IMG/VR virus record: IMGVR_UViG_3300017971_000130
Location: 1 to 40,646 of that record
Reading direction: 5' to 3' (one strand)
DNA length: 40,646 bases
From: a virus
Lineage: Duplodnaviria; Caudoviricetes
This document shows, piece by piece, positions 16,407 through 25,153 of this stretch; position 1 is the first letter of the stretch, and each line of letters opens with the position of its first letter. A program made the position numbers and the translations under genes. The notes under the pieces are model-generated. The model ran no database searches. It worked only from the letters and a program-made list of their open reading frames with translations, and was not told where the DNA came from.

Positions 16407-17272
16407 AAGCTCGATTTGATTATATTATTCTTGGTGGTGGTTTAGCTGGTCTTGCTTTTGCTCAGAAATTTAAACATTTAAATCCGGTTATATTAGAATC
16501 AGGCTACCAATTCCAAAATAAACATTACCGGATATATTCCCATAAAAAGAATGAGCTAACAATGGAGGAGCCAGTGCCATTAACCACCAAGTATCATTCT
16601 GGTAGTGGGGATTTTAAAGCTGAGTATATTAAGAAGGTTTATAACAAAGATGGTGCAGTAGAATTATTCACCCATAAGAAAAAGCTCGATGAATTATACA
16701 ACTATAATCTTCAGGCTTTTTATTCCGATGTTAACCTATATGGAAATATGGAAGTTGAAAGAATTGATTTAAACTCTAAAGAGATAACTGGAAAGATTTT
16801 ACATTCTAATGAAAAATTCTTAATTGAATATGGGTATTTAATCAATACAATTCCATTACATAAATTCTGCAAATTAGTACGATATGATTTATTCCAAAGT
16901 TATAAGATATTCATCCAGTATTACCCTGTTGGTGTGAAAGTCCTACCGAATAATCAGTTTCATCCTGAGAATGAAATTATATTAGAATACTACTCTGATC
17001 CACTTATTCCTTTTTATCGAAGGCATATTGAGCAGAATAATATTTTTTATGAATATTGTATTAATAAGCCGATGGAAGAAAGCTTTACATTCATCCAGAA
17101 AATCGGTAAATTCCACAAGGTAGAAAAGGAGAAAATGGATAAACTTTTCCGTCAATTAAATCACTATGATGCTTATATGGTTGGAAGGTTTGCTTCATGG
17201 AATCCTGATTTTATAATTGAGCATATTTTAAATGAAACCGATCAACAAATTAAGGAGTTCAAACGTGGTTGA
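16403..17272 (+). CDS. FAD-dependent oxidoreductase, UDP-galactopyranose mutase (Glf)-like superfamily
   Basis: DYIILGGGLAGL...ILE dinucleotide-binding fold, YLINTIPL, C-terminal YMVGRFASW. Confidence 0.8.
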   Translation: MKARFDYIILGGGLAGLAFAQKFKHLNPVILESGYQFQNKHYRIYSHKKNELTMEEPVPLTTKYHSGSGDFKAEYIKKVYNKDGAVELFTHKKKLDELYNYNLQAFYSDVNLYGNMEVERIDLNSKEITGKILHSNEKFLIEYGYLINTIPLHKFCKLVRYDLFQSYKIFIQYYPVGVKVLPNNQFHPENEIILEYYSDPLIPFYRRHIEQNNIFYEYCINKPMEESFTFIQKIGKFHKVEKEKMDKLFRQLNHYDAYMVGRFASWNPDFIIEHILNETDQQIKEFKRG

Positions 17273-18029
17273 ATATAACAAAATACCAGACCAGAGAGAG
17301 CCAAGTGTAACTTTGCTTAGCCATACGGATGATCCGCTATATGCTATTGCTATGGCTGTGGAAGCATGGGAGTCTGATGACTTAATGCCTTTAGATAGGA
17401 AAGATCACACTAAGATTCTTAGGCACGTGAATAAGGCTCTTAGAGCTTATCACAGAACGGCTCTCGAATATGTATCTTTAACTTTCCTGATTAAGAATGT
17501 TAGTCGAGCTTTCCAACAGCAACTAACTCGTACACGGCTGGCATCCTATTCAATCCAGAGTTTAAGAGTAGTCAGTAAAAAAGGATTTGCTACAGGCGGT
17601 CACTATACGATGCCCCCGAATTTAGATGAGTTTAAAAAAGCTCAATTCCATGTAGCAATGTTACAGATTCAAGATCAATATGAGTATTTTATCGAAAAGG
17701 GATTTGATCCAGAAGATGCTCGTGGAATATTACCTTTGAATATCCATTCGGATATAACCATGACGATTAATCTAAATGCTCTATACCACATGACTGAGCA
17801 GAGATTGTGCTTGAATACCCAGCACGAATATCGGAATGTAGTGATGCGAATAGCTAAGGAAATTAGAACTAAATTGCACCCAGTTCTGGCTGACCGAATA
17901 TCTGCTCCATGCGTTAAAGTTAATAAATGCGCTGTAAAAGAATTTTGCGGAATTAAAGTATGGGAATTAAATCGAGAAGGTCAGGAACTGGCATATGAAA
18001 CTTATTCAAAAAATAGGAGCAAAAAATGA
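17265..18029 (+). CDS. thyX: Flavin-dependent thymidylate synthase homologue with a non-canonical motif
   Basis: HRTALEY, VSRAFQQQLTRTRLASYSIQSLR, EDARGILP, QRLC..TQHEYR. GTG start at 17265 after AAGGAG. Confidence 0.88.
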   Translation: MVEYNKIPDQREPSVTLLSHTDDPLYAIAMAVEAWESDDLMPLDRKDHTKILRHVNKALRAYHRTALEYVSLTFLIKNVSRAFQQQLTRTRLASYSIQSLRVVSKKGFATGGHYTMPPNLDEFKKAQFHVAMLQIQDQYEYFIEKGFDPEDARGILPLNIHSDITMTINLNALYHMTEQRLCLNTQHEYRNVVMRIAKEIRTKLHPVLADRISAPCVKVNKCAVKEFCGIKVWELNREGQELAYETYSKNRSKK

Positions 18030-18583
18030 CACCGAGAGAATATCAAAAAGCCACTTCATTAACAGCCATCTATCCTAAAGATAATGATTATGATTTAATT
18101 TATTTAGCCAACGGAATTATGAGTGAAGTTGGAGAAATAATGGGGAAAAATAAAAAGATTATCAGAGATGATAATTGCCAATATTCACCAGAGAAAATTG
18201 AAGCTATTAGCAAGGAGATTGGAGATGTACTTTGGTACATGTCAGAAATTGCTTCTGCTTTCGGGATTGATTTTAACTTTGTTGCTGGTAATAATTTCCA
18301 GCAGCTTGAAACTACTAAATTAACACTCCAGCATACAATGATATCTCTTGGCTATAATACTGGATATTTACTAAGGCATATGGATGATATAATCACCCAT
18401 GGTTATGTCCGTACTGCCTATGCTGAATATATTCGTAATACATTGATGAATATTTATGTCGACTTAATGAGTTTAGCGATTAATTTTGATTTATTCATGG
18501 TTGATATAGCAGAAGAAAATGTTGCTAAATTACAAGACCGGAAAGAAAGAGATGCCATCAAAGGAGATGGTGATGAAAGATAA
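18026..18583 (+). CDS. mazG: MazG-like NTP pyrophosphohydrolase with an internal degenerate repeat
   Basis: EYQ...TAIYP, SEVGE, KEIGDVLWY, C-terminal NVAKLQDRKERDAIKGDGDER. Confidence 0.88.
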   Translation: MTPREYQKATSLTAIYPKDNDYDLIYLANGIMSEVGEIMGKNKKIIRDDNCQYSPEKIEAISKEIGDVLWYMSEIASAFGIDFNFVAGNNFQQLETTKLTLQHTMISLGYNTGYLLRHMDDIITHGYVRTAYAEYIRNTLMNIYVDLMSLAINFDLFMVDIAEENVAKLQDRKERDAIKGDGDER

Positions 18584-19511
18584 AATTAATGTAACAATAA
18601 TAATCCCAGTATATAAAGATTTAGACATGATGAAGCAATGTGTAAAAAGTCTGTTTGATAATATAGGAGAAAGTAAATACAATCTAAATGTTTTTATCTA
18701 CTCTCAAGGCTATACAACTGAAGAAAAAAATGAGTTGAATGATGCTATTGGATTCCCAGAGCCTTGTATACATGTAGGAGTTGATAAATACCCAGAGCCG
18801 ATTAAATTCTCAAGAATAATATCGGACGCAATAATTGAATCGAATAATTATTTTCATTCTGATTTCTTTATTGGTGTTGATTCTGATTTCCTATTTAAAA
18901 AAGGGAGCTTTAAAAAATATGATCAGGCAATCGATTATCTACTATTGAATGATCAATGTGGAGTTGTCTGGTGCTCTTCTTTTCTTGGCGGCTCTCAACA
19001 AGGCGATGATATAATCCCTTTTTGGGGTGGGTTCCCATGGAGAGATCGTGGATTGGTATTTAGGAATATGGAGCAAATATTCCCATTAGATTTCGCAGGA
19101 TTTATCCATAATGATTTAAGAGATATTACAGGATTATTTGATGAGCAAATGAGCATTTGGACTATTGCTAAATATGGCTTTTATCCGGCTAAGCAAATGA
19201 ACAATCCAACTCTCCATAGAAGAAACACTGCTTTAAATGCTAAAAAAAGGGAAGGTGGGATGGCGGCTTTGGATAGCGACCATTATGTAATAGTTGGTGA
19301 AGTAAATAATTATCTTAACAATTTACTTGGCACTAATTATGATGTGAATAGGATTGTAGAATTACAGCAATTAAATATGTTTCAGCAAGGCGATTTCCAA
19401 ATTCCAAATTCTTTTACTCAATCGTATATTGATGCTGCCAATAAGTTATTTGGTTACTGCCAATTAGAACGTGAACCAGTAGTAAGATATTCAAAATACT
19501 TTAGGAAATAA
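18573..19511 (+). CDS. GT-A fold (family 2-like) glycosyltransferase
   Basis: VTIIIPVYK...CVKSL N-terminus and DxD motif FIGVDSD; ATG at 18573 after AAGGAG. Confidence 0.78.
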   Translation: MKDKINVTIIIPVYKDLDMMKQCVKSLFDNIGESKYNLNVFIYSQGYTTEEKNELNDAIGFPEPCIHVGVDKYPEPIKFSRIISDAIIESNNYFHSDFFIGVDSDFLFKKGSFKKYDQAIDYLLLNDQCGVVWCSSFLGGSQQGDDIIPFWGGFPWRDRGLVFRNMEQIFPLDFAGFIHNDLRDITGLFDEQMSIWTIAKYGFYPAKQMNNPTLHRRNTALNAKKREGGMAALDSDHYVIVGEVNNYLNNLLGTNYDVNRIVELQQLNMFQQGDFQIPNSFTQSYIDAANKLFGYCQLEREPVVRYSKYFRK

Positions 19512-19512
19512 A

Positions 19513-22500
19513 ATGGAATTTACCAATCTTCACGTACATACTACATACTCTTTTTTAGATGGATACGGAACGCCTAAGCAATATGCTGAGAGATTAAAAG
19601 AGCTTGGGCAAGATAAAATAGGATTAACAGATCATGGCTCCACGTGGGCGCATATCCCCTTCTATTTCCAATTAAAGGAAAAAGGAATAAAAGCGATATT
19701 GGGTTGCGAATTTTATTATGATATCGATGTTGAAGAAAAGAATAAACAAAGATATCATTTAACCGTAATTGCTAAGAATAATGAAGGACTTCATAACCTT
19801 TATAAGCTAATGACTTTTGCCTATAAAGAAGGGATGTATTATAAACCACGCATTGATAACAATATACTATTCCAGCATCAAAAGGGCTTGGTTGTTTTAT
19901 CTGGATGTATGGGTGATGGTTTTCCAGTTAGGCATGCTGAAAGTGATCCTGAATTAACACTACACTGGATGAAAATAATGGATCGGAATATTGATGATTT
20001 TTATATCGAAGTCAGTCCATTTTTCGAGAGGCAAGTTGAACTTGAGTCGATTATTAAATTGGCTGATCAAGCAGAAATTCCTATCGCCATGACTTCAGAC
20101 ACACACTTCCCAGCTCCTAAAGATCATCAAGCTCAAGACATTATGCTATCTATTGGTATGAAGCAAGATTATTGGAGCCAAAGCCGAATAAAACTATGGG
20201 ATCATTTATTTCTACTGGAAAGCGAAAGAGCCTCAAATTTGGCTTTTAAGCTCTTTAAAGAAAGAGCCATGGAATTTATCGGGAATACGAATAAAATAGC
20301 ACAGGTGGCGAATGCTGGCTTTGAACCGGCAAAATTTCTAAGATACGGGAACACGCCTAAAGAAAGCCGTGAATTATTCGAGCAATGGATTGATGATGGG
20401 ATTAAAAAAAGATTTGGGCATAATTATACGGCTGATAAGAAGGATCGAATAGAGTATGAAAAAGGGATTATAATTGAAAAAGATTTTGTTGATTATTTCC
20501 TTATAATTTCCGATCTTGTAAAGTGGGCTAAATATACCAAAGGAATGTTAGTTGGTGCTGCTCGTGGTTCTGCTGCTGGGAGTCTAATTGCTTATGTATT
20601 AGATATCACAGAAGTTAATCCGCTGAACCATGGCTTAATGTTCGAAAGATTTATTGATCATTATAGAACTGATCCACCGGATATTGATATTGATTTCCCT
20701 CATAAAAGAAGGGATGAAATTTACTATTATTTGGAGAAGAAATATGGCAGGGATCATGTCGCACTTTTAGGTACAATATCTTATTTCAAAGGAAAGAATT
20801 CAATCTGGGATATTGGTAGAATATTCAACTTGCCGAGAAAAGACATTGAATCTCTTGCTAAAAATATTATTGAGCGCAGTTCTGGTGATAGCAGGGCTGA
20901 CTATTGCATTGAAGATTCCATTTCAGAAATTGAAGAAGTGGCTACAATGATGGATCGTCATAGCGAATTTAAACTTGCTACAAAAATCGAAGGTCAAGCC
21001 AGACAGTCGGGCATCCATGCTGCGGCAATAATAATAAGCGAAGATGAGCTTGAGAAGTATGGAAGCTTCATGCCTTATGAGGATAAAAAGCTACTAACAA
21101 TTGATAAAAAATACGCTGAGGATTTAAACCTATTAAAAGTCGATGCGTTAGGATTAAAGCAACTAACTGTAATTGAGAGTGTTTTAAACCTAATCGGAAA
21201 AGACAATACATGGCTTTACAATATCCCGTTAGATGATCCCAAAGCATTTAAGATTTTAAATGATCATCTCTTTTCCGGTATATTCCAATTTGAAGGTGCG
21301 GCTCTGAAGGCTGTTAGCAAGCAAAGTTATCCGGACAATTTCGATTCTATGCATGAGATTTCAGCATTAGCAAGACCGGGCACTTTACATTCCGGCATGA
21401 CTACAAAATACTTAAATCGCAGAGCTTTCGTAAAGAAGTTTAAAAGAAAAACAATGGAGAAACCGACCTATATCCACCAATCTCTTGAAGAGATAACAGA
21501 AGAGACATTAGGGATTGTAATTTATCAGGAGCAAGTTATCAAGATCATGCGAGAGATCGGAAAAATGAGCTGGAAAGATACGAAAGAAATCAGAACTCTT
21601 ATTTCCAAATCTAAAGGCGTGGAATTTTTCAATACCTTCTTAGAAACCTTCACCAAAGGAGCAAAGGAAAATGGTCTCAATGAATACGAGATTGATGATC
21701 TGTGGAATGGCATCTGTACATTCGGTTCATGGGCTTTTAATAAATCCCATTCAGTTTCTTATGGCTATATATCTTATTGGACTCTTTATTTAAAAGCAAA
21801 CTACCCTGCCGAGTTTATAATTTCTACTTTACAAGAAGAAGGAGATGAAGATTCAATTAAACTCTTATTAAAAGAATGGCTTGAACACTTCGATGGCAAA
21901 TTCGTTCTGCTCGATCCTAATAAATCAGAGAAAACATTCTCATTAAAAGACGGCATCATATATGGTGGCTTTTCCAATATTAAGGGAATAGGAGAAAAGC
22001 AGGCAGATAAAATAATTGAAGCCAGAGACAAGGTAAATTCGATCCAGCAATTTAAGAAATTAGTTGGAGCTAAAAACTTTGAATTGTTAAGAAAGTTTAA
22101 TGCGTTGCCTACTTCTTTTAAAGTAGAGCAAAGTGATTTATTCGCCCAACCTATAAACGAGCGAGAGCCAGATGCTAAAATCCCGTATGAATTTGCTCAA
22201 TGGGCTGATTTCTATCCTATTGGCGATGACTATGATGAGTATTATAAGGAGAAAAATTTCAAGTATATACGAGATGTTGATGATGATACAACCACTGTGC
22301 GATTAATTGGAAAGATAAAACTGATAAATTTAAGGAGCATTAATGAGTTGACAGTTCAGAAAAAAGCTGAGCATGAAAAAAGAAATTACCGGAATGCAGA
22401 TTTGGATAAATTCTTTAACTTAGTTATTGAGGATGATACTGGGACTATATTTGCTGGTATTAATCGATTCCGGTATGCTGATTTTAAAGATGAAATTTTT

Positions 22501-22602
22501 AAAGCAAAAGTCGGGGGCATTATAGCTTTAGAAGGCGACAAGTTAGATGGTTTTATGAAAGTTCAAATTACTAAAATGAAGGTGCTCAAATATGCCGAAT
22601 AA
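19513..22602 (+). CDS. dnaE: DNA polymerase III alpha subunit (family C)
   Basis: PHP motifs LHVHTTYSFLDG and TDHG; RGSAAGSLIAY; PDIDIDF; LKVDALGL; FNKSH; HhH IKGIG; C-terminal OB fold. Confidence 0.96.
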   Translation: MEFTNLHVHTTYSFLDGYGTPKQYAERLKELGQDKIGLTDHGSTWAHIPFYFQLKEKGIKAILGCEFYYDIDVEEKNKQRYHLTVIAKNNEGLHNLYKLMTFAYKEGMYYKPRIDNNILFQHQKGLVVLSGCMGDGFPVRHAESDPELTLHWMKIMDRNIDDFYIEVSPFFERQVELESIIKLADQAEIPIAMTSDTHFPAPKDHQAQDIMLSIGMKQDYWSQSRIKLWDHLFLLESERASNLAFKLFKERAMEFIGNTNKIAQVANAGFEPAKFLRYGNTPKESRELFEQWIDDGIKKRFGHNYTADKKDRIEYEKGIIIEKDFVDYFLIISDLVKWAKYTKGMLVGAARGSAAGSLIAYVLDITEVNPLNHGLMFERFIDHYRTDPPDIDIDFPHKRRDEIYYYLEKKYGRDHVALLGTISYFKGKNSIWDIGRIFNLPRKDIESLAKNIIERSSGDSRADYCIEDSISEIEEVATMMDRHSEFKLATKIEGQARQSGIHAAAIIISEDELEKYGSFMPYEDKKLLTIDKKYAEDLNLLKVDALGLKQLTVIESVLNLIGKDNTWLYNIPLDDPKAFKILNDHLFSGIFQFEGAALKAVSKQSYPDNFDSMHEISALARPGTLHSGMTTKYLNRRAFVKKFKRKTMEKPTYIHQSLEEITEETLGIVIYQEQVIKIMREIGKMSWKDTKEIRTLISKSKGVEFFNTFLETFTKGAKENGLNEYEIDDLWNGICTFGSWAFNKSHSVSYGYISYWTLYLKANYPAEFIISTLQEEGDEDSIKLLLKEWLEHFDGKFVLLDPNKSEKTFSLKDGIIYGGFSNIKGIGEKQADKIIEARDKVNSIQQFKKLVGAKNFELLRKFNALPTSFKVEQSDLFAQPINEREPDAKIPYEFAQWADFYPIGDDYDEYYKEKNFKYIRDVDDDTTTVRLIGKIKLINLRSINELTVQKKAEHEKRNYRNADLDKFFNLVIEDDTGTIFAGINRFRYADFKDEIFKAKVGGIIALEGDKLDGFMKVQITKMKVLKYAE

Positions 22603-22963
22603 AGAAGGAGATTTACTGGAAGGTGAAGCAAGAGAAATGATATTGGCTACATTCCGAAAACATTTTGGAGTTAAAAATGTTGACTTCATTAATGTGCATG
22701 GTTCTAAATTTATGAAAAAAGGTTTACCAGATTTGATGATCCTAATAAAAGATCATATGCCTTATTGGATTGAAATAAAACGCAATTTTCATGATACACC
22801 AGAAAAACTTCAAAAATTTAGAGTAAAGCAATATAGTCGTATGGGATTTATCACTGGTTTTTCTGATGGCAGATTCATTAAATTTAATTGGTCAGATGAT
22901 ATTAAGCATGAAATAGATAACTTTATTAAAATAACAAAAAGGAGCTGTAATGGAAAAGCATAA
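22592..22963 (+). CDS. VRR-NUC (PD-(D/E)xK) nuclease / Holliday junction resolvase
   Basis: KGLPDLMIL...WIEIKR...LQ. Confidence 0.82.
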   Translation: MPNKEGDLLEGEAREMILATFRKHFGVKNVDFINVHGSKFMKKGLPDLMILIKDHMPYWIEIKRNFHDTPEKLQKFRVKQYSRMGFITGFSDGRFIKFNWSDDIKHEIDNFIKITKRSCNGKA

Positions 22964-23309
22964 TGCCAACATGAAAATTAATGAATCGATGGAACAGAAG
23001 GAAATAATGAAAAAGGCGAAACAGTTAAATGGAGATTTTAACAAAATAGGAATAGCCACTCAATTTTCTGTTGTTAGTGATGAAGTCGGAAAGCATAAGA
23101 ATGTAATCACGATGTCTATTCCCAAAACCGGATTCACTATGGCTATGATAATTACGGATATGGATAATCCAAATCTATTCGCCTTATTAAAGGATTCTAT
23201 ATTCAAATATTTAACTACTCATATTGAATTAGTGGGCAAGGAAATGAAGCTCTGTAAGAAGGTTTTCAATAACATTAAAAATCCTGCTGGATTAATCCTT
23301 CCGAGCTAA
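22950..23309 (+). CDS. Hypothetical protein (119 aa)
   Basis: SD AAGGAG; last gene of the operon. Confidence 0.7.
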   Translation: MEKHNANMKINESMEQKEIMKKAKQLNGDFNKIGIATQFSVVSDEVGKHKNVITMSIPKTGFTMAMIITDMDNPNLFALLKDSIFKYLTTHIELVGKEMKLCKKVFNNIKNPAGLILPS

Positions 23310-23312
23310 ATT

Positions 23313-23362
23313 CAAAAAAAATAAAAAAAACTTTACTTTTGGTTTTTTTGTCCGTATATTTG
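23313..23362 (+). promoter_or_regulatory. Early-type promoter, copy 3
   Basis: A-tract, TTTACT (23332-23337), 17 bp spacer, TATATT (23355-23360); near-identical to 24174-24225. Confidence 0.8.
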
Positions 23363-23400
23363 ATATGACAACAATAACTAACCAAATGAAGGAGTCAGAG

Positions 23401-24120
23401 ATGACTAAGCAAGAATTAAGCTATTTAGAAACTGAAGACTTACAGGTGCTGGCAAAAGCAAATGGAGTCGACATCAATGGTAAGAGCCGCAGTGATGCTG
23501 AAGATGCTATCCTTAAAGCAGTAGAAGCAAAAGCTTCAACTAAAAAAGCGAAGAAAGAATCAGCACCAAAGGTACGTGTGGCTGACACTCTATCTGATCT
23601 GCGTAAATTCGGGAAAGAGCTTGGAGTTGAAACTATTGATCGTGTAAAGGGTGATCCTGCTGTTCCTTTTGCGATTTCGTTTGTAATGCCTAATGGAATT
23701 CGTGCCGCTGTATTCCCCAGAGTTGATGGCAATATGAAGATTGCCTACCGGACAGGATTGTATATGGTTAATAATGAAACTTTCTATCCTTATGGAACTG
23801 CCACTACTGCCCTTAAAGCGATCTTTAAAGATGCTGTTGCTGAGAACGCTGTAGCTGAGCAGAAGGCTAAAGAAGAAGCTGAGAAGAAAGAAGCTGAGAA
23901 GAAAGCTAAAGAGATTGCGAAGAAAGCTAAGGCAGCTGCGAAAGAAGCTGAGAAGAAAGCAAAGAAAGAAGAAGCAGACCGGAAAAAAGCTGAAGCCAAA
24001 GCTAAAAAAGAAGAAGAAGCAAAGGCAAAGAAAGAAGAAGCAGACCGGAAAAAAGCTGAAGCCAAAGCTAAAAAAGAGAAAGCGGCACCTGAAGCAGACG
24101 GTCAAACAGAAAAGAAATAA
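23401..24120 (+). CDS. Rho-N/HeH-like domain protein with Lys/Ala/Glu-rich repeat tail
   Basis: SD AAGGAG, ATG at 23401; LQVLAKANGVDINGKSRSDAEDAIL; about 90 aa KAE tail. Confidence 0.7.
   Translation: MTKQELSYLETEDLQVLAKANGVDINGKSRSDAEDAILKAVEAKASTKKAKKESAPKVRVADTLSDLRKFGKELGVETIDRVKGDPAVPFAISFVMPNGIRAAVFPRVDGNMKIAYRTGLYMVNNETFYPYGTATTALKAIFKDAVAENAVAEQKAKEEAEKKEAEKKAKEIAKKAKAAAKEAEKKAKKEEADRKKAEAKAKKEEEAKAKKEEADRKKAEAKAKKEKAAPEADGQTEKK
23959..24077 (+). repeat. Intragenic 53-bp exact duplication (66-bp period)
   Basis: 23959-24011 equals 24025-24077, encoding AKKEEADRKKAEAKAKK twice. Confidence 0.9.
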
Positions 24121-24140
24121 GCCCACACTTATTCCTTCCG

Positions 24141-24168
24141 AGCCAGTCCATTTGGGCTGGCTTTTTTT
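24141..24168 (+). terminator. Intrinsic terminator
   Basis: AGCCAGTCC-ATTT-GGGCTGGCT plus T-run. Confidence 0.85.
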
Positions 24169-24173
24169 ATTCC

Positions 24174-24225
24174 CAAAAAAAAATAAAAAAAAACTTTACT
24201 TTTGGTTTTTTTGTCCGTATATTTG
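24174..24225 (+). promoter_or_regulatory. Early-type promoter, copy 4
   Basis: TTTACT (24194-24199), 18 bp spacer, TATATT (24218-24223). Confidence 0.78.
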
Positions 24226-24263
24226 TAGTGACAATAACAATCTACCAAATTAAGGAGTACAAA

Positions 24264-25073
24264 ATGAAGAATCAAGAAACCACCACCAATCCTTTTTACT
24301 CGATCCGGACAGAAGACATCCAAACCATCGAAGGGAAAAAGAGAGTAGCAAGGCAAGCTGTAATTAATGCTGATACTGATGAAATCATCTCAGTAGTTTC
24401 AGACAAGTATGAAGTAGTATCAAACAAAGCCGTTGTTGATACTCTGGAAAAGTATCTAAAAGAAACTGATGTTAAGTTTAAAAGAGTATCAGAAAAATTA
24501 AACAGAACTGGTAGCAGATTCACGGCTCGCTATATTCTACCGGAATACTCTATTGAATGCGGAACGCACGAAACCAGTTATGGCGAAGTTCCAGACAATA
24601 TTCAATTGGGCATCGACCTCCATAATTCCTATGATGGAAGCTCAACATGGGGATTCTCAATTTTTGGTTACCGTCTGGTTTGTTTAAATGGGTTAAGAGT
24701 CCCTGAGGAAATGCACTCTTTTAAAACTCGCCATTTTGTAGAAGAGAGTGAAATGGTTGATAATTTGATTCTTTCGATCCAAACTGCTATTTCAATATTT
24801 CAGAATGATGTAAAGAAATCCTTTGACTCGATCAAAAAAATGGATTTCGAGAAAGCCAAAGCCGCTGAGCTTTTTAAGGCTCTTGAATTAGGAAAGCTTT
24901 ATGCTAAGAAATTAGGCAAGTTGTATAAAGATGAGTTGAAAGCTAAGAATCTAAAAACCATGTGGGATTTCTACCAAATGGTAACTTGGTTTAGCTCTCA
25001 TGTCGTAGAAAACAGGAATGTTGAATTGGCGAAAAAGATTTCATCATCTGCTTATGACACTTTAGTTCAATAA
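24264..25073 (+). CDS. DUF932/DUF945-family protein
   Basis: VVSDKYEVVSN, LHNSYDGSS, RLVCLNGL and TRH motifs; ATG at 24264 after AAGGAG. Confidence 0.85.
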   Translation: MKNQETTTNPFYSIRTEDIQTIEGKKRVARQAVINADTDEIISVVSDKYEVVSNKAVVDTLEKYLKETDVKFKRVSEKLNRTGSRFTARYILPEYSIECGTHETSYGEVPDNIQLGIDLHNSYDGSSTWGFSIFGYRLVCLNGLRVPEEMHSFKTRHFVEESEMVDNLILSIQTAISIFQNDVKKSFDSIKKMDFEKAKAAELFKALELGKLYAKKLGKLYKDELKAKNLKTMWDFYQMVTWFSSHVVENRNVELAKKISSSAYDTLVQ

Positions 25074-25097
25074 ATCCTACCCAAACCGACAAAAAAT

Positions 25098-25125
25098 AGC
25101 CAGATTCCCCAATCTGGCTTTTTTT
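25098..25125 (+). terminator. Intrinsic terminator
   Basis: AGCCAGATT-CCCC-AATCTGGCT plus T-run, preceded by an A-run (possibly bidirectional). Confidence 0.88.
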
Positions 25126-25153
25126 ACATCTAAAAACTACCCTTTTATATAGT

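Noticed and set aside
23421-24356. ORFs 23421-23732, 23590-24126, 23790-24065, 23915-24253 and 24129-24356
   Set aside because: Shadow frames of the low-complexity KAE gene and adjacent signals; they lack SDs and some cross a terminator or promoter.
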